Source: Alkalispirochaeta sp. (GTDB lineage Bacteria > Spirochaetota > Spirochaetia > DSM-27196 > Alkalispirochaetaceae). Taken from it: a stretch of DNA of 64,000 bases. Location of the stretch: positions 1,248,001 through 1,312,000 of the forward strand of contig OZ271854.1 of assembly GCA_965601925.1 (NCBI GenBank), written 5' to 3'. Positions 30,111-40,337 of the stretch are shown one piece after another (positions within the stretch are counted from its first letter, which is position 1; every line of letters starts with the position of its first letter). Both the position numbers and the translations under genes were made by a program. Below the pieces are notes generated by a model. That model was given only the letters and a program-made list of their open reading frames with translations, did not search any database and was not told the DNA's origin.

Positions 30111-30731
30111 ATGACTCTCCGAGAACGCAAACAGCAGCGCACGCGACGGCGCATCCTCGACGTATCCTTGGACCTCTTCTGCCGTAAGGGAATCGAATCG
30201 GTGACGCTGGCCGAGATCGCGGCCGCCGCCGAAGTGGGCGCAACGACATTCTATCGGTACTTCCCGACCAAGGATGATCTGCTGCAAACGTTGTACGTCG
30301 AGAATCTCACCGCCTTTGGGACGCTCGCGGAAATGATGTCGGATCTCGATATCGCCGACCGTACATCGATCAGCGCCGCATTCCAGTCGATCGTCCGGAC
30401 GTTTGAGGGTGTCATCGAAACCGAGCGGTCCCGTCAGGTGGTAGTCTTCGATCTCTTTTTCAACGTCTACGCGCTCCAACGCCGTCAAGATCCGACAACG
30501 TTCGAGGGACATCCGTTCTCGTCGGAGTGGTACCGACGATTTCACGCCGCCGGTCACGTTGAGGCGGAGCTCTTTTCGGAGAGCATAAACCTCTTGTACG
30601 GCTACGCGCAGCGGCTGATTATGCTCGAATACCAAAAAACGCGACCGGAGTGGGATCGCGTAAAACAGAACGTGCGGCTCCTTACCTCGCTGGTCGAGAA
30701 CGGTTTTCTCAACCGGTCGGACGAGCAGTAA
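30111..30731 (+). CDS. TetR/AcrR family regulator
   Basis: LRERKQQRTR...IAAAAEVGATTFYRYFPTKDDL. Confidence 0.92.
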   Translation: MTLRERKQQRTRRRILDVSLDLFCRKGIESVTLAEIAAAAEVGATTFYRYFPTKDDLLQTLYVENLTAFGTLAEMMSDLDIADRTSISAAFQSIVRTFEGVIETERSRQVVVFDLFFNVYALQRRQDPTTFEGHPFSSEWYRRFHAAGHVEAELFSESINLLYGYAQRLIMLEYQKTRPEWDRVKQNVRLLTSLVENGFLNRSDEQ

Positions 30732-30836
30732 ACCGATCCCGCAGAGGAACCGACCGGTCCCGACCGCGACCGACAACATCTCATCCTTGCGCCGCGCGCG
30801 GCGACGTCTCTGTATGACACCGTCGGCACGATTGCG

Positions 30837-30896
30837 TTGACACGCCCATCCATCGTTATTATGGTAGTATGACTATCAAACGGTAGTTATACTTCC
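30837..30896 (+). promoter_or_regulatory. Promoter and tandem imperfect palindromes before GH78 #1
   Basis: TTGACA-17 nt-TATGGT; GGTAGT-ATG-ACTATC (30863-30877) and GGTAGT-TAT-ACTTCC (30882-30896). Confidence 0.6.
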
Positions 30897-30901
30897 TTTT
30901 T

Positions 30902-33226
30902 ATGGAGGTTGAGACGGTGGAGCTCGGCGACCTATTCATCGAACCGGAGCGCGAAATCACGATCGCGAGGGGCGTTTACCAGCCGGCAAGTTGGCTGCGT
31001 CGGTCGTTTTCCGTCGACCGACCGATCCGCACCGCCGAGTTAGCGATTACGGCGTGCGGCCTGTATCACGCATCGCTCAACGGCAAGCCGGTCACCTCGC
31101 GCGTTTTTACACCCGGTTGGACCCATTATCAAAAGCGGGTGCGGTATCAATGCTACGACGTCACACCCTTGATGGCCGAAGGACCGAACGCGATCGGCGT
31201 CGTCCTCGGCGACGGGTGGTATCGCGGATCGATCGGAGCTCGGTCGCGCAGGTACGTCTTCGGTGACAAGACAAAACTGGCGGCGATACTCACGATCGTG
31301 TATGCCGACGGGACCACGGAGCGTCTCGTAACCGATGAGCGCTGGAGGGCGACCCAGGACGACCCGCTACGCAAAAGCGACTGGATGGAAGGCGAGGTGT
31401 ACGACGCACGGCGCGCCTTCGCCGATTGGAGTCGGCCGGACTTCGACGATGGCGCGTGGCACGGGGTATACCGGTCGGCGTACGAGGGAAACGTCGTGGC
31501 CGACGACGGGGTGCCGATCGAGGAACACGAGCGCTTTTCTCCGGAGGTGGTGCGAACACCCGACGGCGCGACGGTTCTCGACTTCGGACAGAACATGTTC
31601 GGCTACGTAGAGTTTCGCGTGTCCGGTTCCGCCGGCACGACGGTCACCTTACACCACGGTGAAACGCTGGACGAAGGGGGAAACTTCACCGTCAAGAACA
31701 TCCAAATGGTTCTTCCCGGAACTCCGAAGCTACTCCAACGGATCGACTACACGCTCATGATGGGTCATCAAACATACAAGCCGATCTTTTCGGGATACGG
31801 CTTCCGATACGTGAAGCTTGAGAACTGGCCCGAACCGGTGGTCGCCGCCAACTTCACCGCGATCGCCGTCTATGCGTCGATGGATGAGAGCGGGACGTTT
31901 TCCTGCTCCGACGCGGCGATAAATCGCTTGGTTGAAAATGCGAAATGGAGTCAAAAGAGTAACTTCGTCGCCGTACCGACGGACTGTCCGACGCGCGAGC
32001 GCGCCGGTTGGACCGGCGACATCGCCGTGTTTTGCGAAACCGGAAGCTACCTCATGCGTACCGATCGATTCCTGTCCGACTGGATGAAAGACGTCGCCCT
32101 GCAGCAGCGCGACGACGGCCGCGTTGCGAGCATCACCCCCCCGGCCGGCATGCCGTCACGCATCGACGGCTCTGCGGGGTGGGCCGATGCCGCGATCATC
32201 GTGCCGCACACGCTGTATCGGATGTACGGCGACCGGTCGATACTCGTCGAACAGTACGCGACCATGCAGCGCCTCGTTGCGTTTATGGAAGGTCGTGCGC
32301 ACCGTTCGCGCCGTCTCAAGAAGCTCGGTCGCGGAACCGATCGTCGATTTGTTATCGACACCGGTTTTCGCTTCGGGGAATGGCTTGAGCCGGACACGTC
32401 GCTGCCGATGTCGATGCTCAGGGCGCTCTTTGCCCCCGACGCCGAGGCCGCCACGGCGTACTTCGCCCATTCGACTCGGCTCCTGTCGGAGATCGCCGAG
32501 GTGTTGGACCGCCGGGACGACGCACGACGCTACGCTGCGCTCGCCGAAAACGTCCGCGCCGCGTATCGACGTACCTTTACCACCGACGGCCTCGTGCGGT
32601 CGCGCCGCCAAGCGCGCTTGGTCCGCCCGTTGGCGTTCGAGCTCCTCGATACACGGGACGCGTCCCGAAACGCCGCGATATTGAACCGGTTGGTGATCGC
32701 GAACGACTACAAAATCGGCACCGGCTTTCTCTCGACCCCGTTTATCCTGAATGTCCTGACCGATCACGAATATGTCGACACGGCGTACCGCGCGGCCGAG
32801 AATCGTCGGCGCCCCGGCTGGTTGTACGCCGTCGACAAAGGCGCCACGACGATCTGGGAGAGTTGGAACGGCATCGACGAGAGGGGTGTTCCGCACATGT
32901 CGCACAACCACTACGCGCTCGGTTCGGTCGTCGGATGGTACTTCAGCCGCGTCGCGGGTATCACGTCTCTGGATCCCGGTTTTAAGCGTGTCCGGATCAA
33001 GCCGATACCCGGCGGCAGCCTCACCCACGCCGCGTGTACCTATCGAAGCGCGGCGGGAACGATTCGCAGCGCCTGGCGCGTCTCCGGCCGCACGATCACG
33101 TTCGACATCGAAGTTCCGACTTCGGCCGAAATCGATCTTCCGGACGGCTCTCGCCACGACGTCGAGGCGGGACGATACCGGTTTCGTCGCGAGCGCCCGT
33201 TCCGAACCCTTCCCGCAGGCGGTTAA
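30902..33226 (+). CDS. GH78 alpha-L-rhamnosidase #1 (short N-terminus)
   Basis: DFGQN, GFRYV, PTDCPTRERAGWTGD, GTGFLST, GATTIWESW, SHNHY; alternative GTG at 30917. Confidence 0.93.
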   Translation: MEVETVELGDLFIEPEREITIARGVYQPASWLRRSFSVDRPIRTAELAITACGLYHASLNGKPVTSRVFTPGWTHYQKRVRYQCYDVTPLMAEGPNAIGVVLGDGWYRGSIGARSRRYVFGDKTKLAAILTIVYADGTTERLVTDERWRATQDDPLRKSDWMEGEVYDARRAFADWSRPDFDDGAWHGVYRSAYEGNVVADDGVPIEEHERFSPEVVRTPDGATVLDFGQNMFGYVEFRVSGSAGTTVTLHHGETLDEGGNFTVKNIQMVLPGTPKLLQRIDYTLMMGHQTYKPIFSGYGFRYVKLENWPEPVVAANFTAIAVYASMDESGTFSCSDAAINRLVENAKWSQKSNFVAVPTDCPTRERAGWTGDIAVFCETGSYLMRTDRFLSDWMKDVALQQRDDGRVASITPPAGMPSRIDGSAGWADAAIIVPHTLYRMYGDRSILVEQYATMQRLVAFMEGRAHRSRRLKKLGRGTDRRFVIDTGFRFGEWLEPDTSLPMSMLRALFAPDAEAATAYFAHSTRLLSEIAEVLDRRDDARRYAALAENVRAAYRRTFTTDGLVRSRRQARLVRPLAFELLDTRDASRNAAILNRLVIANDYKIGTGFLSTPFILNVLTDHEYVDTAYRAAENRRRPGWLYAVDKGATTIWESWNGIDERGVPHMSHNHYALGSVVGWYFSRVAGITSLDPGFKRVRIKPIPGGSLTHAACTYRSAAGTIRSAWRVSGRTITFDIEVPTSAEIDLPDGSRHDVEAGRYRFRRERPFRTLPAGG

Positions 33227-33378
33227 GGAGCTCGCGAGAACGCATCCGCAGTCGTAATGCTCGCGGGACTCGTCGTCGGCGCGGTCGCGGCTTTTTACTT
33301 ATTCTTTGCCGGCACGTACATCGCGGCGGACTTTCTTCCGCTACCCGGATCCCGCTCGTCGGAGGAATGACGCCGATA

Positions 33379-34632
33379 TTACACGCGACCGAAGAGCACC
33401 GTGCGCTCATACTCGTCCGCGCTCGCCATCCACTCGCGACCGGTCGGCACGTCGTTGATGCGGCAATAATGGTCCCACACGATGCCGAAGGGTAACGACT
33501 TCGCCTCCTCTTGGAGCGCAAGTCGATCCGCTAACCGCCCTTCCCGCTCGGCGGCGCGTACGAGCTCGATCGGTTCTAGTAATGAGTACAGAATCGCCTT
33601 GACGGTGTTGCGGACGCCGATTACCCACGCCGCCACCCGATTGATGCTGGCGTCGAAAAAATCGAGGGCGATATACACCCGACTCCACGCGTCGGCCCGC
33701 GCTATCTCGCGCATGACCGAGCGCGTCTCGTCGTCAAAGAGCACGACGTGGTCGCTATCCCACCGGACGGGACGCGAAACGTGGAGCATGAGCCGCGGAA
33801 GAAACGCGAGAAGAGCGCTTACCTTCTCGGCGATCGACTCGGTGGGGTGGTAGTGGCCGGCGTCCATCGTCAACATCACCTCGCGCGTCAACGCGTAGGC
33901 AAGATAGAACTCGTGGGATCCGACCACATACGACTCGGATCCGATCCCGAACAACTTACTCTCCACGGCGTCGATCATAAGATCCTGAGGAAGACGATCC
34001 GCATAGATCTCGTCTAAAGACTCGATTAGACGCCGACGAGGGCCGAGGCGGTCGGCAGGCATGTCTTTCCAGCCGTCGGGTATCCACAGATTGTTGATAC
34101 AAACCTCGCCCAACTTACGACCGATCCCGGATGCAACTGCTCGGCTGCGTTTCCCATGCTCGATCCAGAAACGCCGTGTCGACTCGTCGACGGACGTCAA
34201 CGTGAATCCGTCGGCGGAACGCTTGTGGGAGTAAAAGGTCGGATTGAAGTCCAGGGCGATTCCCAGCCCTTCGGCCCACTCGACCCACCCCCGGAAGTGC
34301 TCAAACTCCACCTCGTCTCTATCCACCGATCGTCCGCCGGTCTCCAGATACTTTGCGTGGAGGTTAAAGCGGTGCCGGCCCGGTATCATGCGATACGCCG
34401 CTTCGAAATCGGCTCGCAACTCATCGGGAGTCCGGGCCCGCCCGCGGTGATCCCCCGTTGCGAGTATCCCACCGGTTAACTCCGTGCTCCCTTCGAAGCC
34501 GCCGTTATCGTCACCCTGCCAGCAGTTGACCGAAACCGGCACACCGGCCGCCGTACGCAAGGCCGTCTCGACGTCTACCCCGTATGCGGCGTATTGCTCC
34601 GCGGCATATTCAAAGACGCTTTCATTCGTCAT
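33379..34632 (-). CDS. rhaA: L-rhamnose isomerase
   Basis: CWQGDD, DFNPT, WIPDG, DAVESKLFGIGSESY, DAGHYHPTE, RPVRWDSDHV, DFFDASINR. Confidence 0.96.
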   Translation of the reverse strand: MTNESVFEYAAEQYAAYGVDVETALRTAAGVPVSVNCWQGDDNGGFEGSTELTGGILATGDHRGRARTPDELRADFEAAYRMIPGRHRFNLHAKYLETGGRSVDRDEVEFEHFRGWVEWAEGLGIALDFNPTFYSHKRSADGFTLTSVDESTRRFWIEHGKRSRAVASGIGRKLGEVCINNLWIPDGWKDMPADRLGPRRRLIESLDEIYADRLPQDLMIDAVESKLFGIGSESYVVGSHEFYLAYALTREVMLTMDAGHYHPTESIAEKVSALLAFLPRLMLHVSRPVRWDSDHVVLFDDETRSVMREIARADAWSRVYIALDFFDASINRVAAWVIGVRNTVKAILYSLLEPIELVRAAEREGRLADRLALQEEAKSLPFGIVWDHYCRINDVPTGREWMASADEYERTVLFGRV

Positions 34633-34860
34633 TGTGTTACGCTCCTACTCTGGATAGACCTCATGGTAAGCACGCCGCAGCCCCATGCGTTCCATGGTTC
34701 TTCCGCTCTTTTTCAGTCATATTCAATCTTAATCAATCATTTTGTCATCATTTCTTGGTAAAAACAACCTTTTTCGACTAAAACTGACTCTTCATGACTT
34801 GATTAGACGTTGTTTGCGTGAATCGGTAGCGCAGTCATCGGCTCGGTGGTAGAATCGCGT

Positions 34861-35649
34861 ATGCTGGAACGGGAACGACGCGCCACCATAGCCCGACTAT
34901 TGGAGTCGAAACGCTTTGTAAGCGTGCACGACGTGGTACGATCGACCGGCGCGTCGCAGTCGACGGTGCGGCGCGACTTCGCCGACCTGGAAAGCGCCGG
35001 TATTGCGGCGCGCGTTCGCGGAGGAATCGAGTCGGTCCGGGGATCCGATGCGTCGTCGCCCCTGCCCCTCGGTCCGGACGGCGGACTGGGTTCATTCGGA
35101 CGGCGTTCGGCCGTTCGCCTCGCTCAAAAACGAAGAATCGCCGACCGCGCGGCGGAGTTTCTACGACCCAACGACACGATCTTTGTCGACGGCGGAACCA
35201 CCACGTTTCAACTGTCCGACCATTTGTCTCTTGTGCCGCTGAACGTCGTCACCAACAGCCTCGCCCTGGCGCACCATCTGGCAACGCAGTCGCAATGCAC
35301 CGTGACGATCCCCGAAGGGCGCGTCGACTCGGAATCGCTTCTGATATTGAACACCCTCGCGGAAGATCCGTTCTCCAATTACAGCGCGGCGCGCGCCTTC
35401 ATGGGTGTCGAGGGCATTACGGAGCGGGGGCTCACCAACAACAATCCGGTGCTGATCCAGGCGGAACGGGCGATGATTCGCCACGCCGAAGAGCTGATCG
35501 TCCTTGCCGACGAGACGAAGTTCGGCACGATCGGCACCCTGTCGTTGGCCCCGATCGAGCAAGTCACGACCGTCGTTACGACCACCGACGCACCGCCGGA
35601 GGTCGTCGACGCCATTCGGGAGCAGGGAGTTCGCGTCATTCTGGCGTAA
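34861..35649 (+). CDS. DeoR/GlpR family regulator, divergent from rhaA
   Basis: STVRRDFADL...RVRGG, IFVDGGTTT, VVTNSL, LADETKFG. Confidence 0.94.
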   Translation: MLERERRATIARLLESKRFVSVHDVVRSTGASQSTVRRDFADLESAGIAARVRGGIESVRGSDASSPLPLGPDGGLGSFGRRSAVRLAQKRRIADRAAEFLRPNDTIFVDGGTTTFQLSDHLSLVPLNVVTNSLALAHHLATQSQCTVTIPEGRVDSESLLILNTLAEDPFSNYSAARAFMGVEGITERGLTNNNPVLIQAERAMIRHAEELIVLADETKFGTIGTLSLAPIEQVTTVVTTTDAPPEVVDAIREQGVRVILA

Positions 35650-35711
35650 CTCGCCGGGCAGCGTCGCATCGCTCCCACGGACCGTCGGAAGATACGACCG
35701 TAAGACGACGA

Positions 35712-36641
35712 TTACTCCCCCGTAGGCGGGCCATGAAACACTCGCTTGATCGCGTCCAAGGATTCCGCGAGCTGCTCTTCCAAACGGTAGTCGGAGTAGT
35801 CGCGTCCGACCTTAGGACCGCTGATCTCCAAGTATCCCACGACGTTACGCCGCGGTAACGCGCGGGCGCGGTTCTCGATTATCGCTCGGACGGCCGGAAG
35901 GTCGACAATGCCACGTTCCCGATCTTCGCGGCCGAACCCGAAGGTGGCGTCGTAGCGCTCATCGGTGTTCTTTAGATGAAACTCCCACATCCACGGTAGT
36001 GCGCACTCGAAGAGCTCGAGATTGCCGTGGATCGAGACGCCGTCTCGGTCGGCAACCCCATGCGAGACGTCGGGACAGAGATAGACCGGTGCCATCACGT
36101 CCTCGTATCCCTCGCGGGCGTGCACAAAGTGGCGCATGTAGCGCTCGATCTCCGTCGGCGTCGACGGCGGCTCGAAGAGCGACGACATCGGTTCGATGGT
36201 CAACGCCGCGAGGCCGTGCTCCGCGGCGTAGTGCGCAAGCTCCACCATGTACGTCAGATACCGCTCCTCTCCGTCGGTACGGGAGTCGGGTTTATCGCGG
36301 AGAACGGCGCCGGGATTCGAACCCACCGACTCGGCTCCCAACAGACTACCGATCTCGATCAAGCGACGGTAGGCGTCGAATGCGACCGGCGGTAGCGCCG
36401 GATCGGACGCGAAGAAGCTCCCGAGCTCGCGGTGGGCGGTAAAACAGCTGCGAATGCGCACGCCGTAGGTATCCGCCGTGTCACGGAGGCGCAGAAAGAA
36501 CTCGTCCGGCAACCGGTACATCTCAAAGAAGCTGCCGAGCTGGAGATTAAACACTCCCTCCCGTTGCATGAGCTCAAACAACCACTCATAACTGAAGCGG
36601 TGCAGGATCGGATCGCTCTTGATACCGATTTCGAGGTTCAC
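35712..36641 (-). CDS. Sugar phosphate isomerase/epimerase (xylose-isomerase-like TIM barrel)
   Basis: Metal-ligand pattern TIEPMS, PDVSH, FHLKNTD, YLEI; overlaps the upstream dehydrogenase stop. Confidence 0.75.
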   Translation of the reverse strand: MNLEIGIKSDPILHRFSYEWLFELMQREGVFNLQLGSFFEMYRLPDEFFLRLRDTADTYGVRIRSCFTAHRELGSFFASDPALPPVAFDAYRRLIEIGSLLGAESVGSNPGAVLRDKPDSRTDGEERYLTYMVELAHYAAEHGLAALTIEPMSSLFEPPSTPTEIERYMRHFVHAREGYEDVMAPVYLCPDVSHGVADRDGVSIHGNLELFECALPWMWEFHLKNTDERYDATFGFGREDRERGIVDLPAVRAIIENRARALPRRNVVGYLEISGPKVGRDYSDYRLEEQLAESLDAIKRVFHGPPTGE

Positions 36642-37684
36642 GCGTCGCCGCCTGGGTGCTCAATGATTACCTTGTTGAACCACGTATCGCGCGCGTGCAT
36701 CCGTTGCATCATCGCTCCCGCCTCATCCAGAGCTATCCGATGGCTGATCAACGCTTCAATGTCGATCCTCGAGTCCATCATAGCGAGGACGCGCGTCCAT
36801 TCGTCGGCACCGCGCGGAACGACCTTACTATTCCACGCGCCGTAGATCGTCAGCTCCCTCCGTAAAATGGCCGAAAACTCCGCTTTGGGAATGGTCAAAT
36901 CTTGCGAGATGTTTCCCAGAAATACGACGTGACCGAACAGTCCCGCCGCCGCCAACGCCTCTCTGAACGTCTCGGGTACTCCACACGCCTCCACCACGAT
37001 ATCGGCCCCTCCGCCGGTCGACTCGATGATCGAGGCGACCGGATCGTCGGACGTCGGGTCCACTACCGTCAATCCCATGGTCGAGCAGATCTCCCGCTTC
37101 CGCGCGTCGGGCTCGGAGACGATCACCGGATCGCAGCCGCGAAGGCGCAACCACTGGGCTACCATATTTCCAATCGGACCGCCGCCGATAACGGCGGCCG
37201 ACATACCCGGGCTCACCGACGGCCGTACACTCGCATGGTAGGCGACGGCACACGGCTCGGTCATGGCCGCGTGAGACAGCGAAACGGATGCAGGTATGCG
37301 GACCAGGTTGCCCTCGGGCACCGCCAAAAAACGCTGGAACGCTCCATCCCTGCGCGAGCCGAAGTAGTCGTAGCGCTTCGCCACCGCGTACTCACCGATC
37401 TGATTGATCGCTTCATCGGGATCGGGTATCAGCGGAAACACGGCCACCGGATCGCCGGATCGAAACGCACCGCCCGGCGCCGGTTCACGGACCACTGCGG
37501 AAAACTCGTGGCCGAGGACGAGGGGATAATGATATGCCCCGTCTTCAAAGGCCCGGGGGATGTCGGACCCGCACACCCCTACGGCGGCGACCTCAACCAG
37601 TGTGTTGAATCGACCGTCCAACTCGGGAATCGGACGGTCGTGAAGGCGAAGAATCCCGTTTCGTTCCAGCACCAGTGCATCCAT
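36638..37684 (-). CDS. Zn-dependent polyol(-phosphate) dehydrogenase, galactitol-1-P 5-dehydrogenase-like
   Basis: GVCGSDIPR, LGHEFS, GSRRDGAF, TEP, IGGGPIG. Confidence 0.88.
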   Translation of the reverse strand: MDALVLERNGILRLHDRPIPELDGRFNTLVEVAAVGVCGSDIPRAFEDGAYHYPLVLGHEFSAVVREPAPGGAFRSGDPVAVFPLIPDPDEAINQIGEYAVAKRYDYFGSRRDGAFQRFLAVPEGNLVRIPASVSLSHAAMTEPCAVAYHASVRPSVSPGMSAAVIGGGPIGNMVAQWLRLRGCDPVIVSEPDARKREICSTMGLTVVDPTSDDPVASIIESTGGGADIVVEACGVPETFREALAAAGLFGHVVFLGNISQDLTIPKAEFSAILRRELTIYGAWNSKVVPRGADEWTRVLAMMDSRIDIEALISHRIALDEAGAMMQRMHARDTWFNKVIIEHPGGDA

Positions 37685-37821
37685 ATTGCCACATAGTACC
37701 GTTCACAATCGATTCAGTCAAACCATTATAATCAATAAACGATCAACGTGATCTTATATGATTGACAAAGATCATATTTGACGCAAATCTGACCACAGGA
37801 GTCCCACCAAAAGGAGTCACA

Positions 37822-38877
37822 ATGTATTCCACGATGAAGGCGTGTTACCTGGTCGATATCGGCACATTGGAGGTACGAGATACAGCGATCCCGGAACCGA
37901 AGGCGGGAGAGGCGTTATTGAAGGTGAAGGCCTGTACGGTCTGCGGATCGGATATCAAGATCTGGCGCTACGGAAACGGTCGCGTGAAGATGCCCTCGAT
38001 CATCGGACATGAGGTCGCGGGAGAGGTTGCGGCCGTCGGGCCCGATGTGGAGGCGGTTCGAGTGGGCGACCGCGTCCAGATCGGCGCCGATGTTCCGGGC
38101 TACTGGAACGAGAATATTCCCGGCAAGACGTTGTTCATCGACTACGCCACGGGTCACGAGTTTGCCGGAGGGTTTGCCGATTACATGCTTCTGAATGAAA
38201 AACTCCTCCGGTTCGGTCCGGTGGCACGTATTCCCGATACGCTGCCCTACGAGGAGGCGGCGCTGGCCGAACCGCTGGCGTGCGCCCTCAACGGGCTGGA
38301 ACTCGCCCGATTCGGCTACGGCAAGAGCATATGCATCATCGGGCTCGGGCCGATCGGGTGCATGATCCTGGAGTTGAGCAAAGCGTACGGGGCGACTACG
38401 GTGTTCGCCGCCCAGCGATCGAAGACGCGCCTGCAGATGGCGCGACAATTTCGTCCCGACGCGCGCTTCGTCGCTACCGACGACGAGAACCTCGTCGACG
38501 TCGTCATGCAAGAGACGCACGGGCTCGGCGTCGACCTGGTGATCACGACGGCCGGATCGGTAAAGGCCCACGAGGATGCGATTAATATCGTCGGCCATCG
38601 CGGCTATGTGAACCTCTTCGGCGGCCTGCGGGGCGAGCCGAAACTCCGGCTCGACAGTAACATCATCCATTACAAAGAGTGCTTTGTGATGGGGAGTCAC
38701 GGCTCGCTGCCGCGGCACAACAAACAGGCGATTGCGGCTCTCTCATCGGGTATCGTACGGGGAGCGCGATACATCTCACGACGCATGCCCCTTGCTCGCA
38801 TACAGGATGCGTTCGACTATCACGAGTCGCGCCGGGGGCTCAAGGTGGCGATAATGCCGGAGCTTGACGATGAGTAG
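37822..38877 (+). CDS. Zn-dependent dehydrogenase (iditol/sorbose-P reductase-like MDR)
   Basis: VCGSD, IGHEVAG, AEPLAC, IGLGPIG, LFGGL, GSHG; AAGGAG before ATG 37822. Confidence 0.88.
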   Translation: MYSTMKACYLVDIGTLEVRDTAIPEPKAGEALLKVKACTVCGSDIKIWRYGNGRVKMPSIIGHEVAGEVAAVGPDVEAVRVGDRVQIGADVPGYWNENIPGKTLFIDYATGHEFAGGFADYMLLNEKLLRFGPVARIPDTLPYEEAALAEPLACALNGLELARFGYGKSICIIGLGPIGCMILELSKAYGATTVFAAQRSKTRLQMARQFRPDARFVATDDENLVDVVMQETHGLGVDLVITTAGSVKAHEDAINIVGHRGYVNLFGGLRGEPKLRLDSNIIHYKECFVMGSHGSLPRHNKQAIAALSSGIVRGARYISRRMPLARIQDAFDYHESRRGLKVAIMPELDDE

Positions 38878-39535
38878 GTCCGTCAAAATATCGCCGTCTA
38901 TGATGTGTGCCGACTTTCTGCATTTGGATCGTGAGATTCGCCTCCTCGAGTCGGCCGAGATCGACTATCTCCATATCGACATCATGGACGGCCAGTACGT
39001 TCCCAACTTCACTCTGGGGCCGGGATTCTGCGAACAGGTATCGCGAGCGTCGACGATTCCCCTCGATATCCACCTGATGATCGAGCCGGTGGATCGATAT
39101 GTCGCGGATTTCGCACGGTTCGACGGGTCGATCGTATCGTTTCATCCCGAAACGACGCGCCATCCGCTACGAACCATCGAGACGATCCGGCAACACGGAG
39201 CGCGCCCGGCAATTGCCGTGGATCCGGCGGTACCGATCGACCATCTTCGGCACCTCCTGCACGCGATCGAGCTCGTATGCGTGATGACCGTCAACCCGGG
39301 GTACGCCGGACAAACACTTCTACCGGGCGCCTTTGAGCGTATCTCTGCTTTTGCGGAATGGCGCGCCCTTCACGAAGCGTCGTTCGAGATAGAAGTAGAC
39401 GGCAACGTCAGCTGGGAGAACATCCCAAGGATGATTAAAGCCGGTGCCGACGTCCTCGTCGTGGGAACGTCATCGCTGTTCGGCGCCGCGTCGGATCGCG
39501 GTCGAGATCTGGAACGCCTCCTATCCATGGTGTAA
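38870..39535 (+). CDS. Ribulose-phosphate 3-epimerase family (AlsE-like)
   Basis: SPSMMCAD, HIDIMDG, DIHLM, MTVNPGYAGQ, EVDG, VGTSSLF. Confidence 0.92.
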   Translation: MSRSVKISPSMMCADFLHLDREIRLLESAEIDYLHIDIMDGQYVPNFTLGPGFCEQVSRASTIPLDIHLMIEPVDRYVADFARFDGSIVSFHPETTRHPLRTIETIRQHGARPAIAVDPAVPIDHLRHLLHAIELVCVMTVNPGYAGQTLLPGAFERISAFAEWRALHEASFEIEVDGNVSWENIPRMIKAGADVLVVGTSSLFGAASDRGRDLERLLSMV

Positions 39536-39706
39536 ACGCCCTTCCGGTGGTAGAGCGTCTTCAATCCTCGGTCGGGAGACGAGCTCACGCTCTATCGCCG
39601 CGCGGTCGATCGTCGAATCGGTGAAGGAACTCAATCCTTTCCATCACGAAATGTGAGCAGAACCTTGACACACGGCTCCCACGACGGTTTGTAATAGAGC
39701 AATCCT

Positions 39707-40309
39707 ATGAGCTCCGACAACGAAAGCAGCTACCAGCGGCAAGCCGAGATCAAGCGTCGCACACGATCTCGGATCGTCCAAGCGGCACTGTCGCTGTTTG
39801 AAGAGAAATGGATCGACGAGATTACTCTCAACGAAATTGCCGAGCGCGCCGAGGTTACGCTTCAGACCGTTATACGTCACTTCGGCGGCCGCGAGGGCAT
39901 CTTGGAGGCGATATCGCTGCCGGCCATGGGAGAGTTTATCTCCGGCAAACAGGGAGGCGATGTTCTTCCGACCGTGTACGAGGTCGATGAGGTAGTCCCC
40001 ACGATCGGCCGCATCTACGAGCAGGAACGAAACGGGCGCCTTATGAAGCAGGAAGAGCGATATCCCGCGCTGAAGCGGCTCGCGGAAGCGGGTCGGCGAC
40101 TCCATGAGGAGTGGATTCGCCGCTGCTTTGCCGTTCAGTTGGAAGGACTCGATGTCGCACCCCGCGAACGCGTGGTGCGGAAACTCCTGCACCTCACCGA
40201 CTTCTACAGCTGGCACCTGTATCGGAACGTCTACGGTCTCGATCGAGAAGAGACCGAACGGACGTTAACCGAGATGGTTCGGCTGGTACTCGACGCACCG
40301 AGACCCTAA
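39707..40309 (+). CDS. TetR/AcrR family regulator
   Basis: TLNEIAERAEVTLQTVIRHFGGREGI. Confidence 0.9.
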   Translation: MSSDNESSYQRQAEIKRRTRSRIVQAALSLFEEKWIDEITLNEIAERAEVTLQTVIRHFGGREGILEAISLPAMGEFISGKQGGDVLPTVYEVDEVVPTIGRIYEQERNGRLMKQEERYPALKRLAEAGRRLHEEWIRRCFAVQLEGLDVAPRERVVRKLLHLTDFYSWHLYRNVYGLDREETERTLTEMVRLVLDAPRP

Positions 40310-40337
40310 CACACTATTCATAACGCAAATTCTTTCG

